This document shows, in pieces, positions 27,696 to 39,271 of a DNA stretch of 64,000 nucleotides (positions are counted from its first letter, which is position 1; every line of letters begins with the position of its first letter). Position numbers and translations under genes: made by a program. Source of the DNA: an uncultured Methanoregulaceae archaeon (GTDB taxonomy: Archaea > Halobacteriota > Methanomicrobia > Methanomicrobiales > Methanospirillaceae); contig CAYRYR010000001.1 in NCBI GenBank assembly GCA_964428385.1, positions 20-64,019 on the forward strand, written 5' to 3'. The notes under the pieces were generated by a model, which made no database searches, was not told the DNA's origin, and saw only the letters and a program-made list of their open reading frames with translations.

Positions 27696-27767
27696 CTTTT
27701 CATTTTCTACCTGACCTCGCGGGTGAGATGACTGGTTATTTAGGAGCTGCAAACCAACCATTATATA

Positions 27768-28754
27768 ATGTTTTTTAGAACGTGGAAACATGAAAAAGAG
27801 AAAAAGAAATTAATTGCCCAGCTCGCAACCCGAACTGCGCATGTTGTCCACGTAACGCACAACGACCTTGACGCCGTCGGAGCTGATGCCATCCACCGGA
27901 TCAGGTACAACAATGTCGTTACCATCTTCAGTTCTGTTGGAAAATATCCCCACTATTTGAATATGATAGCAGAAGTCCCGGGAAATGGTGATATCATCAG
28001 TATCAGTGATCTCAGTTACCGGCCGGGGGCTGAGTATGCAATTACCCGCGTAAAAGAGAACGGATGGAAGATAGAATGGCGTGACCATCACCGCTGGTCA
28101 GAAGATGAGACCCGTACCATACGGGGAAAGGTTGATCTGCTTCATATAGACACAAGTACCTGTGGATGTGGAATCTGTGCAAAAGATCTCCTTCCTGATG
28201 ATGTCATTGGTGAGGAGATAGCCCGTGTCGTTTGTGACTATGATCTCTGGCGCCATGAAGATCCACGTTCCCATATCCTTGGTCTTGTTCTTCAGGAGAA
28301 AAAAAACCGGGAACATGTCAGAGACTGCCTGGTAATGGGAGTGTTTCAGGATCGTACAATCCTAGCAGAATATAAAAATATCACCAAAAAAATGGATCGG
28401 GTGAAGAAAAAGACCGAGAAGAATGCATCAGTCTTCCAAAAAAAACAAAAAGTGATAGTTGCACCAATGTTTGGATATCCCAGTGAGACCGCAGCGTATC
28501 TTCGTGAAAAGGTAGGTTCAGATGTTGAAATTCTGGTCTCAAAAAGTGGAAAATTCTCGATTCGATCAAAAGATCCAATTAGTCATCTCATTGCCAGGGA
28601 ATATTCCGGGGGAGGACACCCTCATGCTGCAGGGGGCCAGTTTTCATTTACGCGCTCTGACCGGTTACGTCTCTTCATTCTGAAGAAAAACAGACACTTT
28701 GCCGATATTGCAAAACGGGCGGATGTTATCCGGAATACGAAGCATCAGCGATAA
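27768..28754 (+). CDS. DHH/DHHA1-family phosphoesterase
   Basis: HNDLDAVGADA (motif I/II), WRDHHRW (DHH motif), GGGHPHAAG (DHHA1 motif). Confidence 0.8.
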   Translation: MFFRTWKHEKEKKKLIAQLATRTAHVVHVTHNDLDAVGADAIHRIRYNNVVTIFSSVGKYPHYLNMIAEVPGNGDIISISDLSYRPGAEYAITRVKENGWKIEWRDHHRWSEDETRTIRGKVDLLHIDTSTCGCGICAKDLLPDDVIGEEIARVVCDYDLWRHEDPRSHILGLVLQEKKNREHVRDCLVMGVFQDRTILAEYKNITKKMDRVKKKTEKNASVFQKKQKVIVAPMFGYPSETAAYLREKVGSDVEILVSKSGKFSIRSKDPISHLIAREYSGGGHPHAAGGQFSFTRSDRLRLFILKKNRHFADIAKRADVIRNTKHQR

Positions 28755-29520
28755 CCTCTTCCCAGTATTTCTCTGCAGAAAGAGAATCCTGTGTTCGATA
28801 TCCACCGACAACAATGGCATCAGGGTCATAATGCTCAAGGACGCACGATATGGTTTCAGGAGCCGGCCTGATAAGAATAATCTTTTTTATCTCATATCTC
28901 TCAAGAAGAGGGGGAATCAGCCGGAATTCTTCATTAGTAACAGTAACTGTCTTCTGAAACTCAAGCAGGTTCTCAAGCACCGGGATCGTACTACAATCCG
29001 GAAATAACAGGACTTTTGATCCCATCAGTCCTTCTGTTATATCACTATCAGTACATGCATCATGAATAACATGCCTCTGAATACCTGCATCGCGCATTGT
29101 CCTCCTGGCTGAACGATAAAAAGAAAAGCAGTCATCAGCCCAGTCTGCACCTGATATCTCTTCAAAGGCACGTACATGGGATGGTCCTGCAAGAGCAAAG
29201 GCAGATCTTTTTGCTTCATGGATGCAATGGCGTGCATCCTGCTGAATAGTCTCCTGTATCTCACCATTGGTAAGAAACGAGAGAATATCATCATCTTCTC
29301 TGAAACGACAATCAAACCGCTCGTTGTAAAATAGCCCTCCAGAGCAAATCTGTGTAATCCCTGCTTTTTTCTGGGGTTGCACAGAGGCCGAGAGGAGACA
29401 GGTAATAAGATCTGCTTCTTCCCCCCGGTGTTTGGAAACAAAGGAAATAACATCAGATTTTTCAGGATTATCTGGTTCAGAACCAAGGGATATTGTTGGA
29501 AACGTAATCTTTTTTCCCAT
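28726..29520 (-). CDS. Hypothetical protein (no family recognised)
   Basis: 264-aa ORF divergent from metG. Its 3' end overlaps the convergent DHH gene by 29 nt. Confidence 0.5.
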   Translation of the reverse strand: MGKKITFPTISLGSEPDNPEKSDVISFVSKHRGEEADLITCLLSASVQPQKKAGITQICSGGLFYNERFDCRFREDDDILSFLTNGEIQETIQQDARHCIHEAKRSAFALAGPSHVRAFEEISGADWADDCFSFYRSARRTMRDAGIQRHVIHDACTDSDITEGLMGSKVLLFPDCSTIPVLENLLEFQKTVTVTNEEFRLIPPLLERYEIKKIILIRPAPETISCVLEHYDPDAIVVGGYRTQDSLSAEKYWEEVIADASYSG

Positions 29521-29557
29521 TTTGATACATCTTATTTATGCCTTCAGACCAAAAATT

Positions 29558-31555
29558 ATGGTGATGAGTGCACCACCGCTTCTGGTAACTTGTGGACTTC
29601 CTTATACCAACGGTCCATGTCATCTTGGTCATCTCCGGACATATGTACCTGCCGACTTCTATGTCAGGTACATGCGTCGGCGTGGAGAAGACGTTGTCTT
29701 TATCTGCGGCTCAGACAATCATGGAACACCAGTAGTTGTCAGTGCAGAAGAAAAGGATATCTCACCCCGTCTCTTGTGTGAACAATACCATCACCATTTC
29801 CATGAGACGTTTGAGCGGATGGATGTTATCTTTGATCACTTCGGGATGACAGACAATCCTGCAAATTATCACCGGACACAGGAGATTGTTAACCGACTGA
29901 TACAGAATGGGCACATCTATTCAGAGGTTATTCAGCAGGCATTCTGTACCACATGCAACCGGTTCCTTCCGGATAGGTATCTTGAGGGAACCTGTCCATA
30001 CTGTAACAAACCTGCAAGAGGTGATGAGTGTGATCAGGGGTGTGGTAAGCACCTTGAGCCAGGTGAGATACAGAACCCTACCTGTACGGTATGTGGTACC
30101 CCTGCAGAGTTTCGTGAACAGGAGCACTTTTTCTTTCGGCTAAGTGAATTTGAAGATTTCCTTGATGATTTTCTGAAAAATCTGAAGGGAACTGAGAACG
30201 CTCTGAATTATGCACGGGGATGGGTCAAAGAAGGACTCCATGACTGGTGTATAACGAGAACGCTGGAATGGGGAGTTCCATTCCCAGGTCGCGATGATCT
30301 TGTGGTATATGTCTGGGTTGATGCACCGATAGGATATATTGCATTTACTGAAGAATGGGCTGAAGAGACTGGTCGTGACTGGAGAGAACTCTGGTGTTCT
30401 CAGGAGAGCAGGGTAACTCATTTTATCGGTGGTGATATTACATATCATCACTGCGTATTCTGGCCGGCACTTCTTCAGGGAGCAGGTTATCGGCCACCGG
30501 ATGCGGTGATAGCATCAGGAATGCTTAAAATTGAGGATCATAAATTTTCAAAGACCCGTGGGTACGTCGTATGGACAAATGAGGATTATTTAGATGAGGG
30601 ACTTCCTTCAGACTATCTGCGGTATTACCTCCTCTCATATACATCACACACAAAAGAACTGAATTTCTCGTGGAAACTCTTTCAGGAACGTGTCAATCAT
30701 GAAGTGGTCAACACACTTGGGAACTTTGTATACCGGACCCTGCATTTTGCCTATAAAGAATTTGGCGGGATTCCAGACGGATTTATAGACGAAGAGATAC
30801 TGGAGACCATCAAAACCTGTATCGACAATGTCGATGCTGCCATTGTGGCGTATGAGTTTAAAGCAGCGGTTGATACCATCATGGCCCTTGCTGCATATGG
30901 TAACAATTATATTCAGTCTCAGGCTCCCTGGAAACAGATAAAAGATGACCGGGCAGCAGCAGCGGATACTATCCGAAACTGTATGCAGATAGTAACGGCA
31001 CTCGCCATTCTTATAGAGCCGGTAATGCCAAGGCGTGCTGATGCTATCTGGATCATGGCAGGAAACACATCCAGCCTGGCAAATGCCACCTGTTCAGATG
31101 CCTATAAACCCATTTCAGCATGTTCCACTGAGAAACCGGAGATTCTCTTTCAGAAGCTTGAAGATGATATGATAAACCGTCTCGAAAAAGAACTTGAAGG
31201 AACTATACAGGAGCTTGCAAAGATGAATACAGATATATCATCAGTTACCATTGAAGAATTCGCAAAGATAGAGATGAAAACGGGCAGAGTCCTTGCCGCA
31301 GAGGAAATTCCGAAATCAAAAAAACTGCTCAGATTACAGATTGATATAGGTAGTGAAACCCGGCAGGTGGTCAGTGGAATTGCCAGGTTTTACTCTCCGC
31401 AAGAACTCGTTGGCACTGATGTGATTGTTGTGACTAATTTGCAGCCGGCAACATTATGCGGGGTAGAGAGTAATGGAATGGTTCTTGCAGCTGGAGAAGA
31501 GGCATCCCTTCTGATGCCAAAGCGGACTGTTCCTCCGGGAACAAAGATACTGTAA
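29558..31555 (+). CDS. metG: Methionyl-tRNA synthetase with a C-terminal tRNA-binding (Trbp111/EMAP-like) domain
   Basis: HIGH-type CHLGHL, KMSKS-type KFSKTRG, Zn knuckles (CPYCN..., CTVCG), and C-terminal KIEMKTGRVLAAEEIPKSKKLLRLQIDIG. Start at ATG 29558 or 29564; the track start at 29432 is implausible. Confidence 0.92.
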   Translation: MVMSAPPLLVTCGLPYTNGPCHLGHLRTYVPADFYVRYMRRRGEDVVFICGSDNHGTPVVVSAEEKDISPRLLCEQYHHHFHETFERMDVIFDHFGMTDNPANYHRTQEIVNRLIQNGHIYSEVIQQAFCTTCNRFLPDRYLEGTCPYCNKPARGDECDQGCGKHLEPGEIQNPTCTVCGTPAEFREQEHFFFRLSEFEDFLDDFLKNLKGTENALNYARGWVKEGLHDWCITRTLEWGVPFPGRDDLVVYVWVDAPIGYIAFTEEWAEETGRDWRELWCSQESRVTHFIGGDITYHHCVFWPALLQGAGYRPPDAVIASGMLKIEDHKFSKTRGYVVWTNEDYLDEGLPSDYLRYYLLSYTSHTKELNFSWKLFQERVNHEVVNTLGNFVYRTLHFAYKEFGGIPDGFIDEEILETIKTCIDNVDAAIVAYEFKAAVDTIMALAAYGNNYIQSQAPWKQIKDDRAAAADTIRNCMQIVTALAILIEPVMPRRADAIWIMAGNTSSLANATCSDAYKPISACSTEKPEILFQKLEDDMINRLEKELEGTIQELAKMNTDISSVTIEEFAKIEMKTGRVLAAEEIPKSKKLLRLQIDIGSETRQVVSGIARFYSPQELVGTDVIVVTNLQPATLCGVESNGMVLAAGEEASLLMPKRTVPPGTKIL

Positions 31556-31558
31556 CTG

Positions 31559-31954
31559 TTACACATTCTTTTTTTTGGCTGTGATTGCATTCAGTGCTGA
31601 TAATGCTATTTTTCGTACGTATTCATTCTCATCTGATGTGAGGCGCGACAATGCAGGAATCGCAGCAGGTATCCCGATAGCACTGAGTGCTTTTGCTGCC
31701 ATATACCTGACATGATCCTTTGGATCCTCAGTCGCCCTGATGAGATCAAGAGCGGTATCCTGTGCCTGGATCATAAAAAGTGCCTCAGCTGCCCGGTACC
31801 TGACCTTCCAGTCAGTATCATGCAGAAGAGAGCACAGGGACTGTATCGAACCATATCCATCACCAGCCAGTTGTTGCATAGCAGCAGCTCTTTTCTCTTT
31901 TTGCGATGATCGCAGTTCTTCTATCCACTGCATACGCTCACTGTCATTCATCAT
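31559..31954 (-). CDS. HEAT-repeat (PBS-lyase-type) protein
   Basis: Repeated DxxWxVRYxAAxAL units (DTDWKVRYRAAEAL, DPKDHVRYMAAKAL, DENEYVRKIALSAL). Confidence 0.75.
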   Translation of the reverse strand: MMNDSERMQWIEELRSSQKEKRAAAMQQLAGDGYGSIQSLCSLLHDTDWKVRYRAAEALFMIQAQDTALDLIRATEDPKDHVRYMAAKALSAIGIPAAIPALSRLTSDENEYVRKIALSALNAITAKKKNV

Positions 31955-31983
31955 AGCATCACAGAATAATTACAAAAAAAAAG

Positions 31984-32802
31984 TTACCAGGTGGAAGAAA
32001 ATTCAACCTGTTGAGCCAGGTCAAAGAGTCCTCCAGCCTGTGTGCGGTCCCGGTTATCGATGTAAGTCGTCATATTCGTGCCGGTTGGTGTTCCAATCTG
32101 AGCATCCACATTGAGGAATACCTCTGCAGAACCGGTAGCAAGTTCATCTTTATCATCTGATTCCATACCGGCTGCGTCAAATGAGTACCTGACATTGACT
32201 GGCATATCATTACTTGCAGATATTCCTGCAACACCGGCACTCATAGTAGCAGCGACTTCTTCAACATTCATGGAACTGCCGGCAGTAATTACTGCATGGA
32301 ATCCGGCTGCACCAGCACCTCCATCATAGAAGACACACCCCTGGCTCGCATCAGCATCTGGCTGACCATCAGTGGTGAGTCCGACCATCTCATCATAGAG
32401 CATGCGTCCGTTGACCCCTTCCAGACTCTCAAACTGAATCTGATGGTCGGAATTAAGATTATCCAGACCTGCAGTCACATTTGATCCGTCCATATTAAAG
32501 TTCTTGACATAATGTGTCATTCCATCAGTTGCAACGGTGTCTTCATGATACCCGATAGTGCTTCTGACTTCACCCACCCCTGATGGACTGGAAATATTAT
32601 TGTAATCAGACCCCCCGGTCTGACCCCATTCCATGGTATGGTCAACGATAAACGTTCCAATACATGTTGCCTCAATTGTTGAGGTAATTCCTGACTGATC
32701 ATATTGCGCTGATGCCGGGCGTATTGCTTCTGCTGATCCTACAATGAAAACCAGTCCCAAAATCAATGCAATTATCAAATTTCTTACGATTTCTCTTTTC
32801 AT
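31984..32802 (-). CDS. Hypothetical exported protein
   Basis: MKREIVRNLIIALILGLVFIVGSAEA signal peptide. Gly/Ser/Thr/Asp-rich mature part. No family recognised. Confidence 0.5.
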   Translation of the reverse strand: MKREIVRNLIIALILGLVFIVGSAEAIRPASAQYDQSGITSTIEATCIGTFIVDHTMEWGQTGGSDYNNISSPSGVGEVRSTIGYHEDTVATDGMTHYVKNFNMDGSNVTAGLDNLNSDHQIQFESLEGVNGRMLYDEMVGLTTDGQPDADASQGCVFYDGGAGAAGFHAVITAGSSMNVEEVAATMSAGVAGISASNDMPVNVRYSFDAAGMESDDKDELATGSAEVFLNVDAQIGTPTGTNMTTYIDNRDRTQAGGLFDLAQQVEFSSTW

Positions 32803-33055
32803 CACAAACAGCCCCATCTCTATTGTCATCCCCCTATTGTATTGGGATTAATGAATTGTAGGTTGCTCAATGATAAATATCTTCGGAATAGGCAACTTAA
32901 TTATCTTAAAAAAATTGAAATAAAGTAATTATTGCACTCTATATTGAACCTGAAAATCTATGTGTAACAAAAATAAATGAGGGTTTCTTATGCACAGGCG
33001 CATAAGACAGAGTCTCCCCGGTCTTTTTATTGTGAGAGAATATAATATGTCACTT

Positions 33056-35251
33056 TTATGAGAGATAGTCTTCTGGTTTTGGCATCTCTTCCTTTAGACC
33101 TTTGCGTTTTCTGATCTCTTTGACAACATCTTTGACCAGGTTATTTGGAACAAGCTCAAAGCCGACAAATTCGGTACTCCACATTGCACGACCCTCGGTA
33201 GCTGATCTGATATCCCCGGCAAAACCAAAGAGTTCAGCAACTGGTGTCTTACCAATAATTGTCATGGTATCTCCTTCACTCAGCATGTCATATACCTGAC
33301 CACGACGTCCCTGTATCTGGGAAGTAGCGCTTCCCATATGGTCCTGTGGAACCGTAATCTGCAACTTCTGTATAGGTTCCAGGAGTGAATCACCAGCAAG
33401 GAGAATTCCTCCCTTGATTGCACCTCTTACTGCAGGAATGACCTGTGCCGGGCCACGGTGTATTGCATCTTCATGCAGTTTTACATCAACGAGTCTGATT
33501 TTTATATTCTGGACCGGTTCAGCTGCGAGAGGTCCGGCATCAAGGGCTTCGTGTATACCATCAAGGATTAATTCCATCGTTTCATTGAGGTACTGAATAC
33601 CCTTTGTCATGTCAAGGAACATATTGGTGCCATGGATATCCTTGACACTTTTTGCCTCATCTTTACTCATACCGGCTTGTACGAGGATATCCCGGCGTTC
33701 TAATGCCTGATGGTTCATCGAGACTTCATGGTCTTTGATCATCTGGACAATATTATCTGGCAGGGGCTCAAGCTCAAAGTAGAAGCGGTTGTGTCTATTT
33801 GGTGATTTTCCTTCCACCGGTTTTTCCGTCTGACCGGTTATAGTTTCACGGTATACAACAATTGGTTCTGAAGTGACAATTTCCACATGCTTGTCACGCC
33901 TGATACGACCTGAAATGATCTCAAGATGGAGTTCACCCATACCGCTGATGAGATGTTCGCCGGTCTCCTCATTGATAGTAACTCTGAGTGTTGGGTCTTC
34001 TTTGGCGACCTGACGCAAAACCTCAACCAGTTTGGGCAGATCTTTCATGTTCTTGGCTTCAACAGCAACGGTCACAACAGGCTCACTGTAGTGCTCTAAT
34101 GATTCAAAAGGTGTCATCTCCATGAGATTTGACACAGTAGAACCGACGACTGCATCTTTCAGCCCGGTGACTGCTGCGATATTACCTGCGTAGAGCTCTT
34201 CTACCTCAACACGGGACGGACCCATAAAGATACCTACCTGCTGAAGCCGGTTTACTTTCTTTGCTGTTCCCATAACGTAGACTTCTTCTCCACGTTTGAG
34301 TGTTCCTGAAAAAAGACGACCTGTTGCAACTTCTCCTGCGTGGGGATCAAAAGAGATGTCAGTGACCATCAGACAGATTGGTGCTTTTGGATCACACGTA
34401 AGCATCCCTTTTCCTTCAGGAGTCTCATAATCTCCATGCCAGATGGCATGGACACGACGGTTCTGTGCTTCTGTCGGATCCGGCAGAAACTTTACTACCA
34501 TATCTAAAAGAACATCACAGAGAGGGCTTTTCTTTGCAAGGCTCTTCATATCATTTGCCTTACAGAAATCATACACGTTTTTGAATGAGATCCCACTTGT
34601 CTTCATAAATGGAACAGATATTGCCCAGTTATACAACGCAGATCCAAATGCCACGGTTCCGTTTGCAGCATCCAGTTTCCAGCCTGCATTGTACATCTCC
34701 TCATTCATTCCTTTGATGAGATTGTTTACCTTATCAATGACTTTGCCGAGTCGAATTTGCATCTCCATCTCATCGACCTGCAGTTCATTGATAAGTCTGT
34801 CAACCTTGTTTATGAAGAGAATTGGTTTTACCCGTTCTTTGAGTGCCTGCCTGAGGACTGTTTCAGTCTGGGGCATGGTCCCTTCAACAGCATCCACAAG
34901 GACAACCGCTCCATCAACAGCACGCATTGCACGGGTAACATCACCACCAAAGTCAACATGACCTGGTGTATCTATCATATTGATGAGAAATTCCTTTCCA
35001 TTATACTCATGGACCATTGATACGTTTGATGAATCAATAGTAATTCCACGAGCCTGTTCTTCCGCATCAGAATCCATCCAGCAGGCCTTTCCTGCCAATT
35101 CGTCACTGATGATACCAGCACCTGCTAAAAGATTGTCAGACAGGGTGGTCTTTCCGTGGTCGATATGTGCAACAATACCAATGTTCCGGATAAATTCCGG
35201 TTTGTTCATTAGACTTGTTACCCGCTCGACAGTCTTCTTCCCTCTGCTCAT
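33056..35251 (-). CDS. fusA: Translation elongation factor 2 (aEF-2)
   Basis: GTPase motifs [17 protein letters not shown] and NKVDR. 731 aa. Downstream of rps12-rps7. Confidence 0.95.
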   Translation of the reverse strand: MSRGKKTVERVTSLMNKPEFIRNIGIVAHIDHGKTTLSDNLLAGAGIISDELAGKACWMDSDAEEQARGITIDSSNVSMVHEYNGKEFLINMIDTPGHVDFGGDVTRAMRAVDGAVVLVDAVEGTMPQTETVLRQALKERVKPILFINKVDRLINELQVDEMEMQIRLGKVIDKVNNLIKGMNEEMYNAGWKLDAANGTVAFGSALYNWAISVPFMKTSGISFKNVYDFCKANDMKSLAKKSPLCDVLLDMVVKFLPDPTEAQNRRVHAIWHGDYETPEGKGMLTCDPKAPICLMVTDISFDPHAGEVATGRLFSGTLKRGEEVYVMGTAKKVNRLQQVGIFMGPSRVEVEELYAGNIAAVTGLKDAVVGSTVSNLMEMTPFESLEHYSEPVVTVAVEAKNMKDLPKLVEVLRQVAKEDPTLRVTINEETGEHLISGMGELHLEIISGRIRRDKHVEIVTSEPIVVYRETITGQTEKPVEGKSPNRHNRFYFELEPLPDNIVQMIKDHEVSMNHQALERRDILVQAGMSKDEAKSVKDIHGTNMFLDMTKGIQYLNETMELILDGIHEALDAGPLAAEPVQNIKIRLVDVKLHEDAIHRGPAQVIPAVRGAIKGGILLAGDSLLEPIQKLQITVPQDHMGSATSQIQGRRGQVYDMLSEGDTMTIIGKTPVAELFGFAGDIRSATEGRAMWSTEFVGFELVPNNLVKDVVKEIRKRKGLKEEMPKPEDYLS

Positions 35252-35291
35252 GCATACACCTGAAAAATAAAAGAGATACTAAATTCCTAAA

Positions 35292-35873
35292 TTATCGTGC
35301 TGATTTAGCAACACGTTCTTTTTCTTCCCGCTTTCCGACAGAGTAACACTTGGGGTCCCCATTGGCAGCAGCAATCAGTTCATCAGCAAGGCACGCCGCA
35401 ACCGATTTTTTCTTTTTATGGGATGCATTCTTAACACCAGAGCTGATGAAAGAAAGTGCTGTATTAACACGACGGATTGGTGCTGTATCTACTGATTTTG
35501 GCACATTAATACCACCATATTTGAGACGGACGGTCTCTTCACGGGGCCCGGCATTGGCAACTGCATCACAGAGTACTTCTACTGGGTTCTTCTGAGTCTT
35601 TTTATGAATTATCTCAAAGGCATCGCGTACAATTCTGATGGTGAGCTGTTTTTTCCCGGTATTTTTTTCTGTCTGCATTAACCGATTTATCAGTCGTTCA
35701 ACAATCAGCATGTTCCCTTTATTAAATTCCTGTCTTGTAAAGCGACCACAGGAATGGGGCACGATCATTGAATGAAGATTGACATAGCGTGCAACCCCCG
35801 GATCATGAATTTTGACCTCACTCATGTCCCACTTATTAAAAAGGAGTCTCTCTCCTTGTAGCTGACTCATCAT
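35292..35873 (-). CDS. rps7: 30S ribosomal protein S7
   Basis: Typical archaeal S7 sequence ([15 protein letters not shown]..., [13 protein letters not shown]-type). ATG 3 nt after the S12 stop. Confidence 0.92.
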   Translation of the reverse strand: MMSQLQGERLLFNKWDMSEVKIHDPGVARYVNLHSMIVPHSCGRFTRQEFNKGNMLIVERLINRLMQTEKNTGKKQLTIRIVRDAFEIIHKKTQKNPVEVLCDAVANAGPREETVRLKYGGINVPKSVDTAPIRRVNTALSFISSGVKNASHKKKKSVAACLADELIAAANGDPKCYSVGKREEKERVAKSAR

Positions 35874-35875
35874 GA

Positions 35876-36304
35876 TCACCTGCGTGGTTTCTCCTTTCTA
35901 CCAATGACCATCTCATGAAGGCAGACATTGTTCACTTTCGTGACGACGTATCTGACTCCGGGAATATCTCCCATGGAACGACCAAGACGTCCACCAATGC
36001 CTTCGATTTCAACCTCATCGTGTTCATCAATATAGTTAATAGCCCCATCGCCGACAGCAAATGCTGATACCTGTCTTCCATTCTTTATGAGCTGAACACG
36101 CACACACTTTCTGATAGCAGAGTTAGGCTGTTTTGCTTCAACACCAATCTTCTCAAGAACAATACCCCGTCCCTGTGGTGCACCCTCCAGAGGATCTGAT
36201 TTTAATTTCAGACCGCCAGCTTTTCTGGCAAAATGTGGATCACTCCACCTGAATTTCTTCGCATTACGAATTAATTTTCTTGCGGCAAACTTTCCTTGTC
36301 CCAT
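35876..36304 (-). CDS. rps12: 30S ribosomal protein S12
   Basis: [11 protein letters not shown]...[39 protein letters not shown]. Start at ATG 36304; the track extends spuriously to 36352. Confidence 0.93.
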   Translation of the reverse strand: MGQGKFAARKLIRNAKKFRWSDPHFARKAGGLKLKSDPLEGAPQGRGIVLEKIGVEAKQPNSAIRKCVRVQLIKNGRQVSAFAVGDGAINYIDEHDEVEIEGIGGRLGRSMGDIPGVRYVVTKVNNVCLHEMVIGRKEKPRR

Positions 36305-37058
36305 TACATCACTCTTTTTTGTTAATCTAAAGCACCGGCTGGTAAGATGCACGGTATTACAAACGCACGATTTTTATCTAAAAAATTCAATCGCCTTTGA
36401 AACCTGTCTTTATACGTTGACGCTTCTATGATATAATAATAGTATCCTGACCCTGTGAAACAAAAACATAAAATCCACGCGCTGTTTTCCCTGATAATTA
36501 ATTTTCTTTAAAAATGACCTGTATATATGAATTAGAGAAAAATACTCACGTTTAAAAAAATCTGTGATATGTGTCATTTGGTTCGTAGTGGGTAAGAGCG
36601 CATTATATCTACTGTTGTTGCAGCTGAAAATATTGAGATTAGCACATTTCAGTACTATATTAGAGATGTAGCATATGAACTTTCCACCTGTCTACAGAAT
36701 TCTTGTCGTTGAGGCTCTTAAATCATTGCCCTGGTACCTGTATACTTCTTGCAACGATTGACATCTGCAGGGTGAAGAATACGCATGACAGAGTATTTTC
36801 TACATTATTCATCAGTTTTCACTTTGTATATTTGACAATATGAGTTTTGGCTTTTTTTATAAAATATAATATAGTTACTAATAATTATTTATTTATCTGT
36901 AATTTTGTAATATTCTGTTCATTCTCCTCATTATACATTGTAAGAATCCATAACTGGTCTTCATTCAGGATACCATAGGTGAAGATACTGTCTTTGATGG
37001 GACAAAATCATAATAGAAAATATTTATATCTCCTCATATCAAGAAAGATGTAATTATT

Positions 37059-37535
37059 ATGGAGATCGTGAAGATCCCGCGAATGGATAAAGAAGAGTCT
37101 GATGCGCTGATTAAAAATCGTTATATCTCGCGGATAGCCTTTCAGGGTGAAAAATATCCTTATATTGCACCATTTCTGTATGTTTTTGATGGAAAATTTA
37201 TCTATTTTCTCTCGACGAAATATGGAAAAAAAATAGAATTTTTTAGAAAAAGTCCCTATGTATCAGTTGAAATCGAACAGTATGCAGAGGATATGTCCTG
37301 TTATATGTTTGTTACATTACAGGGATATCTTGGGGAAGTCGTCGACTCGATTGAGAAGAAGATTATCAGGCAACAATTTGTGGATCTCATCCACGAAAAG
37401 AACCTTTCTCCCAATGTTCTTGCAGCATTTGGCCATTCTCCAGAAGACCCCCCGGAAATGATAACACGGGAAGAACGTTCCTTAGTCTGGAAACTTCTTG
37501 GAGTAAAAGATCTGGTTGCTCTTAAGAACCTGTAA
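37059..37535 (+). CDS. Pyridoxamine 5'-phosphate oxidase-family (FMN-binding split-barrel) protein
   Basis: The pattern ISRIAFQGEKYPYIAPFLYVFDGKFIYFLSTKYGKKIEFFRKSPYVSVEIE is typical of Pyridox_ox_2-type proteins. Confidence 0.65.
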   Translation: MEIVKIPRMDKEESDALIKNRYISRIAFQGEKYPYIAPFLYVFDGKFIYFLSTKYGKKIEFFRKSPYVSVEIEQYAEDMSCYMFVTLQGYLGEVVDSIEKKIIRQQFVDLIHEKNLSPNVLAAFGHSPEDPPEMITREERSLVWKLLGVKDLVALKNL

Positions 37536-37955
37536 TGGTATTCATATCATCAATATCAGGTAATAATGGTGTTTTGTTGTACAGTTCCGTAACCGTGAAA
37601 TATGCAGAGATTGTCATGCATAAGAGGAGAAATAGCAATGTTTCTCTCTTCTTTCAATGATAATATTCTCCAATATGGCGTGTAGCGTGAATTCCTGACA
37701 TTATCGGGATATGCACATATCTATGTAGATTCAAAAACTACGCATACATTCCTGACAAAACCCTTTGTTGCGTATAACAGGAAGGAGAATCATTACAAAA
37801 AAGTGTGATGATCATGTATGCTTATATATATCTGTATTATCTCTGAATTCTTTTTTAATCTATTAATCGTTATCTTTTATGGAAATGGGGTCATTATCAA
37901 AGTTTTTTTTGTTTTCAATGCCCACAAAATTTAAATAAAAGTTAAAAGGATAGTT

Positions 37956-39236
37956 ATGGATATGGATAACTATGATTTTTATATCTCCAATATTGAACAA
38001 CTTCTTAGGGAAAATCCACGTGGAATGACGGTTTCAGAGCTGGCTCTGGAACTTTCAATGTCCAGGAATACCATAGGGAAGTATCTTGAATTAATGTTTC
38101 TTTCAGGAAAGGTTGAGATTAGGACCGTCGGAAAAGCTAAACTCTATTACCTCTCCCAACGTGTTCCGGTTACCCAGCTTCTGAACTATTCCTCTGATGC
38201 GGTTGTCCAGACCGATGATCAGTACCGAATTCAGTCTATGAATCTTGGTGCCATGGATCTCTTTGAGACTAATAACGAGGAAATCTCCGGGCACAACATT
38301 CTTGACATCTTTCGGTTCTCTGCACTTGATCCAAGAATTACCGATTCAATAATTGCAAAAGATCGTCCTGCAGCCTTTTCAAGTGAAGTCGAATTTAAAA
38401 AAAGTAATTCTGTTCGTTTTCTCTGGATGAAACTGATAGACACTGTTATGTACGACGGTTCTCTGGGTCATATTTTCATGTTTGAAGATGTTACCGACTG
38501 GAAACGGGCTGAAGAAGATCTCAAAGAGAGTGAATATCTCTACCGGACACTTGCTGAATCAAGTCAGGATTGTATCTTTATTGTCACACCTGATAATCGG
38601 TATGAATATGTTAACTCAAAGCTCGCTGAAGAACTTATGATGGATCCAAAAGAACTCATTGGAAAGAACCGGGACACCTTTTTTAGTGATGATGAAGCTG
38701 CTCAAATGAGAGAAAATAACGCTATTGTGGTACATACAAAAAAGCCACTTCGGAAAGAATTGCAGATTAACCTTGGGGGGAGAGCCAGATGGTTTGATGA
38801 GATGTTAATTCCTCTTTTTAATGGTGGAGAAGATGTGAGGGAGATATTTGTCATTGCCAGGGAAGTAACAAATCAGAAAGAGGCACAAAAAGCAAAATAT
38901 CATCTTGCTTCACTTGTAGAATACTCTGATGCTGCAATAATCAGCAGGACACTGGATGGAACTGTTCTCTCCTGGAATAAAGGGGCTGAGGCTATGACCG
39001 GATATACAGCAAAAGAGATGGTAGGAAAGTCAATCTTTACGGTATTAGTCAAAAAACCAGAAGAAGAAGTAACTGATATTATGACTAATATTCAAAAGGG
39101 AGAGGGTGTTACAAACTTCCCCTCTACAATAACAACAAAAAGTGGTCAGAAGAGAGATATCAACCTGACAGTATCTTCGATTGTAGATGAAGATAACCGG
39201 ATAATTGGGATATCACTCATTGGGAGAGTTATATAA
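37956..39236 (+). CDS. Winged-helix HTH plus multi-PAS-domain sensor/regulator with no kinase output domain
   Basis: N-terminal RGMTVSELALELSMSRNTIGKYLELMFLSGKV. PAS S-box style segments (YRTLAESSQDCIFIV..., LASLVEYSDAAIISRTLDGTVLSWNKGAEAMTGYTAKEMVGKSI). Confidence 0.75.
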   Translation: MDMDNYDFYISNIEQLLRENPRGMTVSELALELSMSRNTIGKYLELMFLSGKVEIRTVGKAKLYYLSQRVPVTQLLNYSSDAVVQTDDQYRIQSMNLGAMDLFETNNEEISGHNILDIFRFSALDPRITDSIIAKDRPAAFSSEVEFKKSNSVRFLWMKLIDTVMYDGSLGHIFMFEDVTDWKRAEEDLKESEYLYRTLAESSQDCIFIVTPDNRYEYVNSKLAEELMMDPKELIGKNRDTFFSDDEAAQMRENNAIVVHTKKPLRKELQINLGGRARWFDEMLIPLFNGGEDVREIFVIAREVTNQKEAQKAKYHLASLVEYSDAAIISRTLDGTVLSWNKGAEAMTGYTAKEMVGKSIFTVLVKKPEEEVTDIMTNIQKGEGVTNFPSTITTKSGQKRDINLTVSSIVDEDNRIIGISLIGRVI

Positions 39237-39271
39237 CCTTTTTATTTTGGATTAGTACTGTCAGAAAGGCG

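Noticed and set aside
29037-29781. Alternative-frame ORFs (149 aa minus strand, 134 aa plus strand) and the long N-terminal extension of metG from 29432
   Set aside because: The translations are compositionally odd. The MetRS alignment clearly starts at MSAPPLLVTCGLPYTNGPCHLGH, so the upstream extension is read-through of the divergent promoter region.
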